Counted from the stretch's first letter, positions 10,501 to 21,004 are shown. The stretch: 64,000 nt of DNA from an uncultured SAR86 cluster bacterium (GCA_902595715.1 CACJRI010000004.1:16373-80372), one strand, 5' to 3'. The notes: a model not told the origin generated them from the sequence alone. Program-made: numbers and translations.

Positions 10501-11679
10501 ATGGATAAAAACTTTTCTTCAATAGATAGATTGCCTCCTTATGTATTCGAGGAGATTGGCCAACTTAAAATGGCAGCTCGAAGAAGAGGTGAGGATATTA
10601 TTGATTTTGGAATGGGAAATCCTGATGGCGCAACTCCTGATTTTATTGTTGAGAAGCTTAAAGAAGTTGTTATGCGACCCGATACCCATCGTTACTCCCA
10701 ATCAAAAGGTATACCCAAATTAAGAAAAGCTATAACCGATTGGTATGCAAGAAAATTTGATGTTGCATTGGATCCTGAAGAAGAGGCAATAGCTACTCTT
10801 GGTTCTAAAGAAGGCTTGAGTCATTTAGCCATTGCCACAATGGATAAGGGAGACGTAATTTTGGTACCAAATCCAGCTTACCCAATACATCCTTTTGGTT
10901 TTGTAATTGCTGGAGCTGATATTCATCACGTACCAATCGGACCAGGCATTGATTTCTTTAAAAGTTTAAAAGATGCAATAAAAAATTCTTTTCCAAAACC
11001 TAAAATGTTGCTCATTAATTTTCCAAGCAACCCGACAACGAGTTGCGTAGATTTAGATTTTTTTAAAGAAGTTATAGCTATTGCCAAAGAGCATAACATT
11101 TGGGTTGTTCATGACTTGGCTTATGCTGATCTTTGTTTTGATGGTTATGAAGCTCCTTCAATTCTTCAAGTAGAAGGGGCAAAAGATATAGCTGTTGAGT
11201 TTTATACTCTTTCAAAAAGCTACAATATGCCAGGTTGGCGTTTAGGCTTTTGCTGTGGCAACAAAGAACTCATTGCTGCATTAGCAAGATTAAAATCTTA
11301 TTTTGATTATGGTCACTTCACCCCCATTCAGGTAGCCGGAATAGAAGCTTTGAATAATGGCGATAAAGAAGTAGAAAAGATTTGCCAAAATTATAAATCA
11401 CGAAGAGATGTACTTTGTGATGGTTTGAATGCATTTGGCTGGAGCATTGAAAAACCCAAAGCAACTATGTTTGTTTGGGCAAGAATCCCTGAATCGTTTG
11501 AAATGAAGTCTATGGAATTTTCTAGATTCCTATTGGAAAAGGCTAAAGTTGCCGTTTCTCCAGGTTTGGGTTTTGGAGAGTACGGAGATGACTTTGTTAG
11601 ATTTTCTTTGATTGAAAATGAACAAAGAACGAATCAGGCAGTCAGAGGTATAAAAAAAGCCTTCAAAGAGTATCTATAA
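10501..11679 (+). CDS. alaC: PLP-dependent class I/II aminotransferase, AlaC-like
   Basis: [43 protein letters not shown]. Confidence 0.88.
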   Translation: MDKNFSSIDRLPPYVFEEIGQLKMAARRRGEDIIDFGMGNPDGATPDFIVEKLKEVVMRPDTHRYSQSKGIPKLRKAITDWYARKFDVALDPEEEAIATLGSKEGLSHLAIATMDKGDVILVPNPAYPIHPFGFVIAGADIHHVPIGPGIDFFKSLKDAIKNSFPKPKMLLINFPSNPTTSCVDLDFFKEVIAIAKEHNIWVVHDLAYADLCFDGYEAPSILQVEGAKDIAVEFYTLSKSYNMPGWRLGFCCGNKELIAALARLKSYFDYGHFTPIQVAGIEALNNGDKEVEKICQNYKSRRDVLCDGLNAFGWSIEKPKATMFVWARIPESFEMKSMEFSRFLLEKAKVAVSPGLGFGEYGDDFVRFSLIENEQRTNQAVRGIKKAFKEYL

Positions 11680-12947
11680 TGACAAATTTAAAAATAGGTT
11701 TATGCGGCACTGGAAACGTCGGATCAGCTTTTATTGAAAGTATTGTTTCTTCGGAATCTCTAATAAATCAAAATTATGGTTTGAACATTTCAATATCTTT
11801 GATTGGCGCAAGGAAAGGCAAGGTATCCGGTGTTTCTAATATTTCAGTTATTACTGATATTCAAGAAGTTGCCAAGTCAGATGATGTTGATGTTGTGGTG
11901 GAGTTGATTGGCGGGGTTGAAGACGCATACAAACTAGCTATTTCAGCACTTAAAAATAAAAAACATTTTGTCACGGCAAATAAAGCTCTCATTGCTGCTC
12001 ATTCAAAAGAACTTTTTGAATTGGCAAGGGAAAATAAGGTTCACATCGGTTTTGAGGCTTCCGTAGCTGGGGGTATTCCAATTATTAGAACCATTAGAGA
12101 TGGTTTAATTAGTAATCAGATAAATTCCTTTGCAGGAATATTAAATGGCACTTCCAATTTTATTTTTTCTAAAATGGCTGACGAAAAGTTATCTTTTGGT
12201 ACTGCATTGGCTTTGGCTCAAAAGGAAGGGTTTGCTGAACCCGATCCTACCTTTGATATTTCAGGTCAAGATGCTGCACAAAAAACAAGTATCCTAGCGA
12301 CACTTTCTTTTTTTCAAAACTCCTCAATGGAAAAAGTTTATTTTGAAGGAATCGATAAAATTTCTCCTGATGACATAGATTACGGCAAGCAATTGAATTT
12401 TGTTTTGAAGCCTTTATCGGTTGGCATGAAATATAAGGACCAGATTACTCTTGGTAGTTTTCCTGCTTTTGTAAAGGCAGATTCGCTTTTGGCTTCAATC
12501 CAAAATGAAAATAACGCAGTGCTTGTAAATGCTGAAAATGTTGGCGGTACGATGTATTCTGGGCCAGGTGCAGGGGCCAAGCCAACTGCCAATTCGGTTT
12601 TATCAGACGTTATTGATATAGCGCGTGGAAAAATTTTTGATTATGGAAAATTTGTACAACAAGACCTTTCTTCAAGTTTTGATAATTTTTACTGTGATCG
12701 TTACCTAAAACTCCAAGTAAATGATAAACCTGGAGTAGTTGCAAAAATTTCTACTTTGCTGGCGGACAACAATCTCTCAATTGATAATCTTATTCAAAAG
12801 GAATTAGAGAGAAGTGATGACCAAATACCTTTGGTTATTGTACTGAGTAACTCCGATGAAACGACTATCCGAGAGACTATTAAAGAATTGGAAGCTTTAG
12901 ATGAGGTTTCAGGACCACTAACTCATATTAGGATTTTAGATATCTAA
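11679..12947 (+). CDS. hom: Homoserine dehydrogenase with C-terminal ACT domain
   Basis: G.GNVG, VTANKA, FEASVAGGIPII, GILNGT.NFI, GFAE.DP..DI.G.D, GPGAG..PTA. Confidence 0.96.
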   Translation: MTNLKIGLCGTGNVGSAFIESIVSSESLINQNYGLNISISLIGARKGKVSGVSNISVITDIQEVAKSDDVDVVVELIGGVEDAYKLAISALKNKKHFVTANKALIAAHSKELFELARENKVHIGFEASVAGGIPIIRTIRDGLISNQINSFAGILNGTSNFIFSKMADEKLSFGTALALAQKEGFAEPDPTFDISGQDAAQKTSILATLSFFQNSSMEKVYFEGIDKISPDDIDYGKQLNFVLKPLSVGMKYKDQITLGSFPAFVKADSLLASIQNENNAVLVNAENVGGTMYSGPGAGAKPTANSVLSDVIDIARGKIFDYGKFVQQDLSSSFDNFYCDRYLKLQVNDKPGVVAKISTLLADNNLSIDNLIQKELERSDDQIPLVIVLSNSDETTIRETIKELEALDEVSGPLTHIRILDI

Positions 12948-12948
12948 A

Positions 12949-14334
12949 ATGAAATACTTCAGCACTAGAGGAAATTCAGAAGCACTAAACTTTGTTGATG
13001 TGCTTACATCAGGTACTGCAAAAGATGGTGGATTATATGTACCAGAGAATTTTCCAAAGTTTTCAAAAGAAGAAATCTCAGATTTTGAGACTGCAAGTTA
13101 TCAAGATCTGGCTTCGCATCTTTTGTATCCATACGTTGAAGGTTTTTTATCAAAAGATGACTTTGAGCAAGTTGTAAAAAATGCTTATGAATCTTTTACT
13201 ATTCCTGAAGTTGTAAAGTTAGTTGAAACAAAAAACATTGGCTATGTCCTTGAATTGTTTCATGGTCCAACTTTTGCTTTTAAAGATGTGGCTATGCAAT
13301 TGTTGGCGGCTTTATTGGATAAAGCTGCTGAAAAAACAGATAAGAAAATCGTTGTTCTTGGTGCTACTTCAGGCGATACAGGTTCTGCTGCTATAGAAGC
13401 ATGTAAAAAATTCAAAGACATTGATATTGCTATTTTATTTCCTCATCAAAAGATATCCCCCGTTCAACAAAGACAAATGACAACTTCAAATGCAAAAAAT
13501 GTATTCCCTTTGGCAGTGAAGGGCGATTTTGATGATTGTCAAAATTACGTAAAAAAAATGTTCATAGAAAACAACAATGAAGAGGTCAAGTTTGTATCAA
13601 TCAACTCAATTAATTGGACAAGAATCATGGCACAAAGCGTCTATTTTTTTTCCACTAAACTTCAATTAAAAAAAGATTATATAGCTTCTATCCCTTCTGG
13701 AAACTTTGGACATGCGTATGCTGGCTGGACGGCAAAAAATATGGGTCTTTCATTTAAAGGAATCAATATTGCAACCAACAAGAACGATGTTTTACATAGA
13801 CTTTTCTCTGATGATGTATATCAAAAAAAAGAAACATCTGCTTCTCTTGCTCCATCTATGGACATTTCTGTTGCGAGTAATTTTGAAAGGTTATTGTTTG
13901 AGATTTACAAAAATAATGGCGCCAAGCTTAGCGATACTTTCTCATCGTTTCCTGAAAAATCTATAGATTTCAATCAATCCGATGAAATCTGGAAAAAAGT
14001 GAAAGCTTTTTTTCAAAGCTCTACTTGCGATGATAAAGAAATTGTTGAAACAATTGTAAAAAGCTTTGAAACAGAAAATATTTTGTTTGATCCTCATACT
14101 GCAACAGCAATAAAGGGAAACAAAGATCTCAACCTTGACCCTTCAGAGCTTGTAACTTTTGCTACAGCACATCCAGCTAAATTTCCAGATGCAATAAATA
14201 AAGAATTGGATATTTTAGACGAAAATACTCCAAGCTCCTTGAAGGAAATTATGACTAAAGAAGAGACTTTTTCAGTGCTTGAAAATAAATTTGAGGACCT
14301 GAATAATTATCTTAATTCGGAGGTTCTTAATTAA
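12949..14334 (+). CDS. thrC: Threonine synthase
   Basis: MKYFSTRG, DGGLYVP, LELFHGPT.AFKD, ATSGDTG, PSGNFG, TAHPAKF. Confidence 0.97.
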   Translation: MKYFSTRGNSEALNFVDVLTSGTAKDGGLYVPENFPKFSKEEISDFETASYQDLASHLLYPYVEGFLSKDDFEQVVKNAYESFTIPEVVKLVETKNIGYVLELFHGPTFAFKDVAMQLLAALLDKAAEKTDKKIVVLGATSGDTGSAAIEACKKFKDIDIAILFPHQKISPVQQRQMTTSNAKNVFPLAVKGDFDDCQNYVKKMFIENNNEEVKFVSINSINWTRIMAQSVYFFSTKLQLKKDYIASIPSGNFGHAYAGWTAKNMGLSFKGINIATNKNDVLHRLFSDDVYQKKETSASLAPSMDISVASNFERLLFEIYKNNGAKLSDTFSSFPEKSIDFNQSDEIWKKVKAFFQSSTCDDKEIVETIVKSFETENILFDPHTATAIKGNKDLNLDPSELVTFATAHPAKFPDAINKELDILDENTPSSLKEIMTKEETFSVLENKFEDLNNYLNSEVLN

Positions 14335-15424
14335 ATGGTTGAACTGTCTTTAGGCGAAAGAATCAAAGTTGCTGCTAAGTCTCTAGCTGAGCTTAGGGGG
14401 TACCTTTGACTTTGAAGAAAAGAAAAAACGCTTAGACGAAATCAACACCAGACTTCAAGACCCTGAAGTTTGGTCTAATCAAGAAGAAAGTCAGAAATTA
14501 GGTAAGGAAAAAGCTTCTCTAGAAAAACTCGTTGATTTGGTAAAGGGATTAAATAACTCTGTAGAAGATTTGAATGAATTATTTGAGCTAAGCGAAGATG
14601 AATCAGAAGCAAACCAATTAAAAGAAGAACTTTTTAATGTTGAAGAAAAAATTGCAGATTTGGAGTTCCGTAGAATGTTTTCAGGAAAGATGGATCAAGC
14701 AAATACTTATCTTGATATTCAGTCTGGTTCGGGAGGGACGGAAGCTCAGGATTGGGCAGAAATGCTTTTACGGATGTATTTGAGATGGGGCGAAAACAAA
14801 GGTTTTAAAACCGAATTAATTGAAGTCTCTCCAGGAGAAGTTGCAGGAATTAAAAGCGCTACGATTAAATTTGAAGGCGAGTTTGCGTATGGTTGGCTTA
14901 GAACAGAATCAGGTGTTCATCGACTGGTTAGAAAGTCGCCTTTCGACTCTGGGAATCGTCGACATACCTCTTTTGCGTCAATTTTTGTATCGCCAGAAGT
15001 AGATGATGATATTCAAATAGATTTAAATCCTGCAGACATTCGAATCGATACTTACCGAGCAAGCGGTGCAGGAGGACAACACGTAAATAAAACAGATTCG
15101 GCAGTGCGTTTGACTCATATGCCTTCAGGAGTAGTGGTGCAATGTCAAACACAAAGATCACAACATAAAAACAAAGATAGCGCCATGAAGCAGTTACGTG
15201 CAAAGCTCTTTGAGATAGAATTAAAAAAGCAACAACAAGAAATGGAAAATCTAGAGGCATCGAAAGCAGATATCGGTTGGGGAAGTCAAATTAGATCTTA
15301 CGTATTAGACTCGGCAAGAATTAAAGACCTCAGAACAGGCGTAGAAACGGGAAACTGCAATGATGTATTGGATGGTAATTTAGATTTATTTATTGAAGCC
15401 AGTTTAAAGCAGGGAATTGAATAA
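14335..15424 (+). CDS. prfB: Peptide chain release factor 2, expressed through a programmed +1 frameshift
   Basis: ATG at 14335 opens [24 protein letters not shown], then CTT-TGA-C; the +1 frame (GAC at 14408) is in frame with ORF 14537..15424, which carries SPF and GGQ. Confidence 0.96.
14395..14410 (+). promoter_or_regulatory. RF2 autoregulatory frameshift site
   Basis: AGGGGG-TAC-CTT-TGA-C: internal SD, 3-nt spacer, shifty Leu codon, UGA. Confidence 0.95.
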
Positions 15425-16878
15425 TGTCTCAAGACAAAGAAGAAAATCATTTAATTGAAGAAAGGCGAAAGAAACTTGCTGAGCTTAGAGAGGCAAATAA
15501 GGCTTTTCCAAACGATTTTAAAAGAAAACATTTAGCTCAAGAATTAAAAAATGAGTTTGATGAGTTTTCCAAAGAAGAATTGGAAAAGCAAAAGGCAAAA
15601 GGAGTAGTTGCTGGACGCATCATGCTTAGAAGAATGATGGGCAAGGCAAGTTTTACAACCATTCAAGATTTTTCTGGAAGAATTCAGCTTTACATCAGAG
15701 CCGATGAAATTTCGAACTACGATGAATTTAAAAATTATGACTTGGGAGATATCGTCGGCGCAGAAGGAATAGTGTTTAAAACTAATACCGGTGAACTCTC
15801 GATACACGTTAAAAAATTAAAACTCTTAACCAAATCGTTAAGACCGTTACCAGAAAAACACTTGGGTTTAACTGATACCGAAATACGTTATCGCAAACGC
15901 TACCTGGACTTATTGACCAATCCAGAAAGTTTAGAAGTCTTTAAAACTAGAGCAGAAATAATAAGCAATATTAGAGCTTTCCTGTTGGCTGATGACTTTA
16001 TTGAAGTTGAGACTCCTATGATGCACCCCATTCCAGGCGGAGCCACAGCAAGGCCTTTTGTTACGCATCATAACTCTTTGAATATGGATTTATTTTTAAG
16101 AGTTGCGCCAGAACTATACTTGAAGAGATTGGTTGTTGGCGGATTTGAAAAAGTGTTTGAGATCAATAGAAATTTTAGAAACGAAGGGCTTTCAACTAGA
16201 CACAATCCAGAATTCACTATGTTGGAATTTTATACCGCCTATGTTGATAGCGACTTTCAAATTAAATTTGTAGAGAAGATGTTCAAAGCAATTACAAAAT
16301 CATTGCCTCATAAAATAAATATCTTTAAAAAAGCTTTTCATAAATTAACTATGGATGAAGCAATATTGCAATTCACTTCTCTGAAGAAAAAAGACTTAAG
16401 TGATGCCAAGAAGCTTAAGGAATTTTGCAAAGCAGAAAAAATAAAAACGGATACTAAGGGTTCATTAGCCATCATTAAAAATGAAATATTTGAAGCATTG
16501 GTCGAAGAGAAACTTATAGAGCCTACTTTTATTACTGAATATCCAATTGAAGTTTCACCTTTAGCGAGAGCTTCGACTGTAAATCCTGAGGTGGCAGAAA
16601 GATTTGAACTTTTTATAGATGGTAAAGAGATTGCTAATGGCTTTTCTGAGTTAAACGATCCTGAAGAACAAGCAGAACGTTTTAAAGATCAAGTTGCTAA
16701 AAAGGATTCGGGCGATAATGAAGCGATGCATTTTGATAAAGATTACATCGAAGCTCTAGAGCATGGACTGGCTCCATGCGCTGGTGTTGGTATTGGCATA
16801 GATCGATTAACCATGTTAATTACCGGTACCGAATCTATTCGAGATGTTTTATTATTTCCTCAACTAAAAAACAAATAA
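15424..16878 (+). CDS. lysS: Lysyl-tRNA synthetase (class II)
   Basis: RPLPEK.HGL.D.E.RYR.RYLDL, FIEVETPM, LRVAPELYLKRL, GIGIDRL. Confidence 0.98.
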   Translation: MSQDKEENHLIEERRKKLAELREANKAFPNDFKRKHLAQELKNEFDEFSKEELEKQKAKGVVAGRIMLRRMMGKASFTTIQDFSGRIQLYIRADEISNYDEFKNYDLGDIVGAEGIVFKTNTGELSIHVKKLKLLTKSLRPLPEKHLGLTDTEIRYRKRYLDLLTNPESLEVFKTRAEIISNIRAFLLADDFIEVETPMMHPIPGGATARPFVTHHNSLNMDLFLRVAPELYLKRLVVGGFEKVFEINRNFRNEGLSTRHNPEFTMLEFYTAYVDSDFQIKFVEKMFKAITKSLPHKINIFKKAFHKLTMDEAILQFTSLKKKDLSDAKKLKEFCKAEKIKTDTKGSLAIIKNEIFEALVEEKLIEPTFITEYPIEVSPLARASTVNPEVAERFELFIDGKEIANGFSELNDPEEQAERFKDQVAKKDSGDNEAMHFDKDYIEALEHGLAPCAGVGIGIDRLTMLITGTESIRDVLLFPQLKNK

Positions 16879-16883
16879 GAATT

Positions 16884-18083
16884 ATGAGTAAAGATTGGAC
16901 AAAAATTAGAGCAAAGGTAAAAGATTTCATTGAAACTGAAATTTATCCTAAAGAAACTGAGTTAGCTAAAGGTACGCCCGAGGCGCGAGAAATGCTTGGT
17001 TCATTAATGAAATTGGCAAAGGATGAAAAAATTTGGGCATTGGGACACCCAGAAGATATTGGTGGAGGCGGGATGCCTTTTATGGAATATGTATACGTTA
17101 ACGAGGTTATTGGTAGATCTTCTTTTGCCATGGTGGCATTGGGCACACATTCTCTACAAGATTCAATAATGCTTAGAGAATTTGCTTCGCCACATTGGAG
17201 GGATCAATATCTCGAACCATTAGTTCAAGGAGAAATCTTTCCAAGTTTTGGCATGACTGAACCTGATGTCGCAAGTTCTGATCCTACTCAATTGCAAACC
17301 ACAGCTATCCTTGATAATGGTACGTGGAAAATAAATGGCACAAAATGGTTTACTACTGGAGCTGCCAGAGCTGCCTACACTACAGTGATGTGTCGAACTG
17401 AATTAGACGCCCCTAGTCATGGCGCTTTCAGCATGATTATTGTGCCAACAGACAACCCAGGTTATAAAATTATTCGAGAGACTCCTGTACTTGGTATTAA
17501 TGGTGGACACTACGAAGTTAAATACGATAACGTCGAAGTTCCTGAAGAAAATTTATTAGGCCCAAGGGGACAAGGATTCATTATTGCACAAAAACGACTT
17601 GGACCCGGAAGAATTTTTCATTGCATGCGCTGGTTAGGCCAAGCTCAAAGAGCCTTTGATCTGCTTTGTGAAAGAATGCATGAGAGAGAAACTTTTGGGA
17701 CACCACTAACGAAAAAACAACTGCTGCAAAAATTTGTTTTCGATAGTGCTTGTGAAATTCAAGCTTCTCGTCATTTGACCCTTGATGCTGCTAAAAGAAT
17801 TGACCAAGGAGATGATGCTAGAATTGAAATCGGTTTGATTAAAGTGGTTGGGGCAGAGATGCTACACAACGTCATAGATCGAGCCATCCAAGTTCATGGC
17901 GCAAAAGGACTAACTGATGATACGCCATTGAGTTTGATGTATCGACATGCCAGAGAAGCAAGAATCTACGATGGTCCTGATGAAGTTCACGTCCAATCCG
18001 TTGCAAGACGTATTCTCAAAAACTACGAAAACAATGGCCCTGGATGGGATTTTGGCGAGCGAGATGCATCCTTAGTATCATAA
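16884..18083 (+). CDS. Acyl-CoA dehydrogenase family protein (LvaC/ACAD10-11-like)
   Basis: F.MTEPDVASSD, INGTKWFTTGA, RLGPGRI.HCMR.LG, RIYDGPDEVH; likely start is ATG 16884 (MSKDW), because the ORF-track start lies inside lysS. Confidence 0.9.
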   Translation: MSKDWTKIRAKVKDFIETEIYPKETELAKGTPEAREMLGSLMKLAKDEKIWALGHPEDIGGGGMPFMEYVYVNEVIGRSSFAMVALGTHSLQDSIMLREFASPHWRDQYLEPLVQGEIFPSFGMTEPDVASSDPTQLQTTAILDNGTWKINGTKWFTTGAARAAYTTVMCRTELDAPSHGAFSMIIVPTDNPGYKIIRETPVLGINGGHYEVKYDNVEVPEENLLGPRGQGFIIAQKRLGPGRIFHCMRWLGQAQRAFDLLCERMHERETFGTPLTKKQLLQKFVFDSACEIQASRHLTLDAAKRIDQGDDARIEIGLIKVVGAEMLHNVIDRAIQVHGAKGLTDDTPLSLMYRHAREARIYDGPDEVHVQSVARRILKNYENNGPGWDFGERDASLVS

Positions 18084-18084
18084 G

Positions 18085-19047
18085 ATGTCAGTCTTCCAGG
18101 AATTTTTAGAAAATTCTCTGCAGCAAAAAATCAAGCAACTGATTCCTCTTACAGGGGGAGCTTCTGCAGATATCAACCGTATCATTCTTGCTAATGAAGA
18201 TGAACTGATTGTTAGAAGAACTCTATCACAAGAAAAATCCGTGATGGCAATTCCAAAAACCTTAGAAGCAAAAATACAAAAAGTTGTTAAAAAAAATGGA
18301 GCTCCTGTACCAGATATCATATTTGAATTTTCTGAGGGTGAAGAAATAGGTGAGGGTTATGTCATGGAAGCAATATCAGGAGAAACCATTCCTCGTAAAA
18401 TTCTTAGAGATGAGAAATTTTCAACTGCTCGAGAAAAACTTCCTTTTGAAATCGGTAAATCTTTGGCCAAAATCCATCAAACGCAATTAGAAGATTTAAC
18501 AGCTCTTGATCAGGTGACCTTTTCAGATTCTCTAGAAAAACTCTTTCAGGTATATCTGAGCTTTAACCAACCACAACCAGTTTTTGATTTAGCTTTCAAA
18601 TGGCTTCAAGCCCAAGAACTCAAAGACTATGGAGAAGTTTTGGTTCATGGCGATTTCCGTTTTGGAAACTTCATTATTTCTGAAGAAAATTTAGAATCTA
18701 TTATTGATTGGGAGTTAGCTCATATAGGCAACCCTATGGAGGATCTGGGATGGCTATGCGTACGTTCTTGGAGATTTGGCAATGTAAAAAAAAGAGTGGG
18801 CGGCCTAGGAGATATTAAAGATCTCATCGCTGGTTATGAATCCAATTCTGATATAAAAATTGATGAATCACAGCTTGATATTTGGCAGCTTTATGGTTCA
18901 TTACGCTGGGGAGTAATTTGCATGATGCAAACTTTTGCTCATCTAAGTGGAATGGTAAATTCAGTAGAAAAAGCTGCGATTGGTAGAAGAGTATCCGAAA
19001 CGGAATTTGACTTAATGAATATGATTAAACATAAAAATTTCTTATGA
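18085..19047 (+). CDS. APH-family phosphotransferase (LvaA-like)
   Basis: LTGGAS, LVHGDFR.GN, IDWELAH.G.PMEDLGW.C.RSWRFG, AAIGRRVSETE.DL. Confidence 0.88.
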   Translation: MSVFQEFLENSLQQKIKQLIPLTGGASADINRIILANEDELIVRRTLSQEKSVMAIPKTLEAKIQKVVKKNGAPVPDIIFEFSEGEEIGEGYVMEAISGETIPRKILRDEKFSTAREKLPFEIGKSLAKIHQTQLEDLTALDQVTFSDSLEKLFQVYLSFNQPQPVFDLAFKWLQAQELKDYGEVLVHGDFRFGNFIISEENLESIIDWELAHIGNPMEDLGWLCVRSWRFGNVKKRVGGLGDIKDLIAGYESNSDIKIDESQLDIWQLYGSLRWGVICMMQTFAHLSGMVNSVEKAAIGRRVSETEFDLMNMIKHKNFL

Positions 19048-19391
19048 GTGTTTTTGATAGACCAACTTCTAAAGAACTTTTAGAGGTAGTAATTGATTTC
19101 GTCGATGCCGAAATAAAATCGGATTCTTATCCAGCAAATAAAAAGTTTAAATTGCAGATTGTTTTAAATGTTCTGAATATTGTTAGAAGGGAAGTTGAAA
19201 CTGGAGAAGAAATAAATAAAAAATTTTCTAAGCTAGGCGCAAACCTTATTGGAGAAAATGGTTTCACCATAGAAAAATTGTCCCAAAAAATTAGAGATAA
19301 AGAATTTGATCATGAAGACAAAGATCTTGTAGATTTTCTATATGACCTCACAGAGGAAAAAATTAAGATAGACAATCCTAGGTATAAATAA
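19044..19391 (+). CDS. Small DUF6285/LvaB-like protein
   Basis: DRPT..ELL..V..F N-terminus and K..IDNP.Y C-terminus; overlaps the APH gene (ATGA). Confidence 0.7.
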   Translation: MSVFDRPTSKELLEVVIDFVDAEIKSDSYPANKKFKLQIVLNVLNIVRREVETGEEINKKFSKLGANLIGENGFTIEKLSQKIRDKEFDHEDKDLVDFLYDLTEEKIKIDNPRYK

Positions 19392-19525
19392 TTGGATTAC
19401 TTTGTTATTTCAATATTGATTATTTATAGAGTTTATCTAGCATGGTATTGTTTTAAACCAAAGTCCAAGACAGAAAAATTTCTAAATTCATTTTAGCTAA
19501 CAGGCCATAGGTAATTCAAAGAATT

Positions 19526-20656
19526 ATGAAAAAAATTTTATTTAAAGGAACAGGTTTTGTTTTAAAAAACTCTCAAAAATTAATTACTGAAACGGTTAAA
19601 GCTCTGCCTGCTGTTGCATCAGGAATTTATGAATTTTCCAAGGATATTACAAGTGATTCATATTACTCAATTAGAGGAAAGAAAATCAAAAAAAAACTAA
19701 TTACTAAAATAAATAAACAAAATATCAAATTTGATACTAAAAAAAAGAAATTTAGAAATGATTATCCCTTTTCAGATGCATGTATATTGTCAGGCTTAAC
19801 AGCCTATGAAATGAGTTCAAGCGGCATCCCTTCAGATGTCAGTAAAGCCTATGAATTAGCATTTCCTAATTTAGCAAGAGAAACCAACTTTTTAGACTCT
19901 TGGAACAGTTTCGATGATTACGAATCTCGTCTTGGCTTCCTGAACGCCATGAAAGGAAAATTATTTGAAGTTAAGTACCTTGACCATTTAAATAATAATT
20001 TAGAAGCTGGTTACAAAGCTGAATTAGCCGAATTACCTTCTCAAGCAGGGTGGGATATTAAAGTATCTGGTCCCGATAAAGAAATTTCTGAGCTTCTCCA
20101 GTTGAAAGCATCGACTTCATTAGATTACGTAAAAACTGCCATAGAGACATACCCTGAAATAGATGTGATTACACTTTCTGACTTGGAAGGTCAATTATCG
20201 TCTATTAACAATGCAAATAAAATTACAGCCTCGTCAATATCAAATCAAGGATTAGAAGAAGACATATCTTCAGCGACTGATAATGACTTAGGAATTCTTA
20301 ATTTAGCGCCTTTAATAAGTGTTGCTTATATTGTATTTAGCGGTTACAGGGAGAAGGATATAAGCGAATTCAAAAAACATCAAAAAATTGTAAAACGATT
20401 TTCAAATTTATCTTTAAATACTGCGATCATAGGAATTACAGGACCGATAATTGGGATATCTCTAGTTCTTGGTAGAGAATTTTTATTTAGAAATGCTAGA
20501 AAAGATAAGGAAATTATTCAATATTTAAAAAATCAAATAAAAAAAAATAAGGAAACCCAAAAGTTTTGGGAAAAAAGAGTATCTCGAAGAACATTTCTAA
20601 AGGGTTTAGTGGCGGCTTCTTCTATGATAATTTTAAAACCAAAACACCATGGATAA
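19526..20656 (+). CDS. Hypothetical protein with a possible PD-(D/E)xK-like core and C-terminal hydrophobic segments
   Basis: 376-aa ORF; KGKLFE...GWDI...QLKAS pattern; two hydrophobic stretches; SRRTFLK near the C-terminus. Confidence 0.6.
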   Translation: MKKILFKGTGFVLKNSQKLITETVKALPAVASGIYEFSKDITSDSYYSIRGKKIKKKLITKINKQNIKFDTKKKKFRNDYPFSDACILSGLTAYEMSSSGIPSDVSKAYELAFPNLARETNFLDSWNSFDDYESRLGFLNAMKGKLFEVKYLDHLNNNLEAGYKAELAELPSQAGWDIKVSGPDKEISELLQLKASTSLDYVKTAIETYPEIDVITLSDLEGQLSSINNANKITASSISNQGLEEDISSATDNDLGILNLAPLISVAYIVFSGYREKDISEFKKHQKIVKRFSNLSLNTAIIGITGPIIGISLVLGREFLFRNARKDKEIIQYLKNQIKKNKETQKFWEKRVSRRTFLKGLVAASSMIILKPKHHG

Positions 20657-20879
20657 GAAAGATTTAGATATCTTCAGATTCTTGAACTATTTGAAATATA
20701 AAGCAGATTATCTGGAGGTTCCTTTAGCTTTAGATGAGGGTTTTATTATGGAATCCTTTCATGTTGGGGTAAGGTATTTTTTTGGAGTTACTATTGATGA
20801 TAAGGGAATGCCAATTCATGATAGGGAACAGCCTTACGAGGGTTTTTTAGAAGAGTGGGTTGAAAGAAGTATTAACTAA
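20649..20879 (+). CDS. Hypothetical protein (76 aa)
   Basis: Overlaps the upstream stop by 8 nt; its own stop is coupled to the next ATG (TAATG). Confidence 0.6.
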   Translation: MDKKDLDIFRFLNYLKYKADYLEVPLALDEGFIMESFHVGVRYFFGVTIDDKGMPIHDREQPYEGFLEEWVERSIN

Positions 20880-21004
20880 TGAATAAAACTTTAATATTTA
20901 TAATCTTGGTTTTAGTTTTTGGTGGAGCTTTTCTCTACAACTTTTATCATACTCAGTTGGAGAAAATGCAACATTCAGTTGAACACATGATTCATAGACA
21001 TTAA
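20879..21004 (+). CDS. Small single-TM, His-rich protein (41 aa; not in the ORF track)
   Basis: MNKTLIFIILVLVFGGAFLYNFYHTQLEKMQHSVEHMIHRH*; TAATG coupling; exactly fills the gap to the mdh stop. Confidence 0.6.
   Translation: MNKTLIFIILVLVFGGAFLYNFYHTQLEKMQHSVEHMIHRH

Noticed and set aside
14407-14409. In-frame TGA suggesting a prfB pseudogene
   Set aside because: It is the canonical programmed frameshift site.
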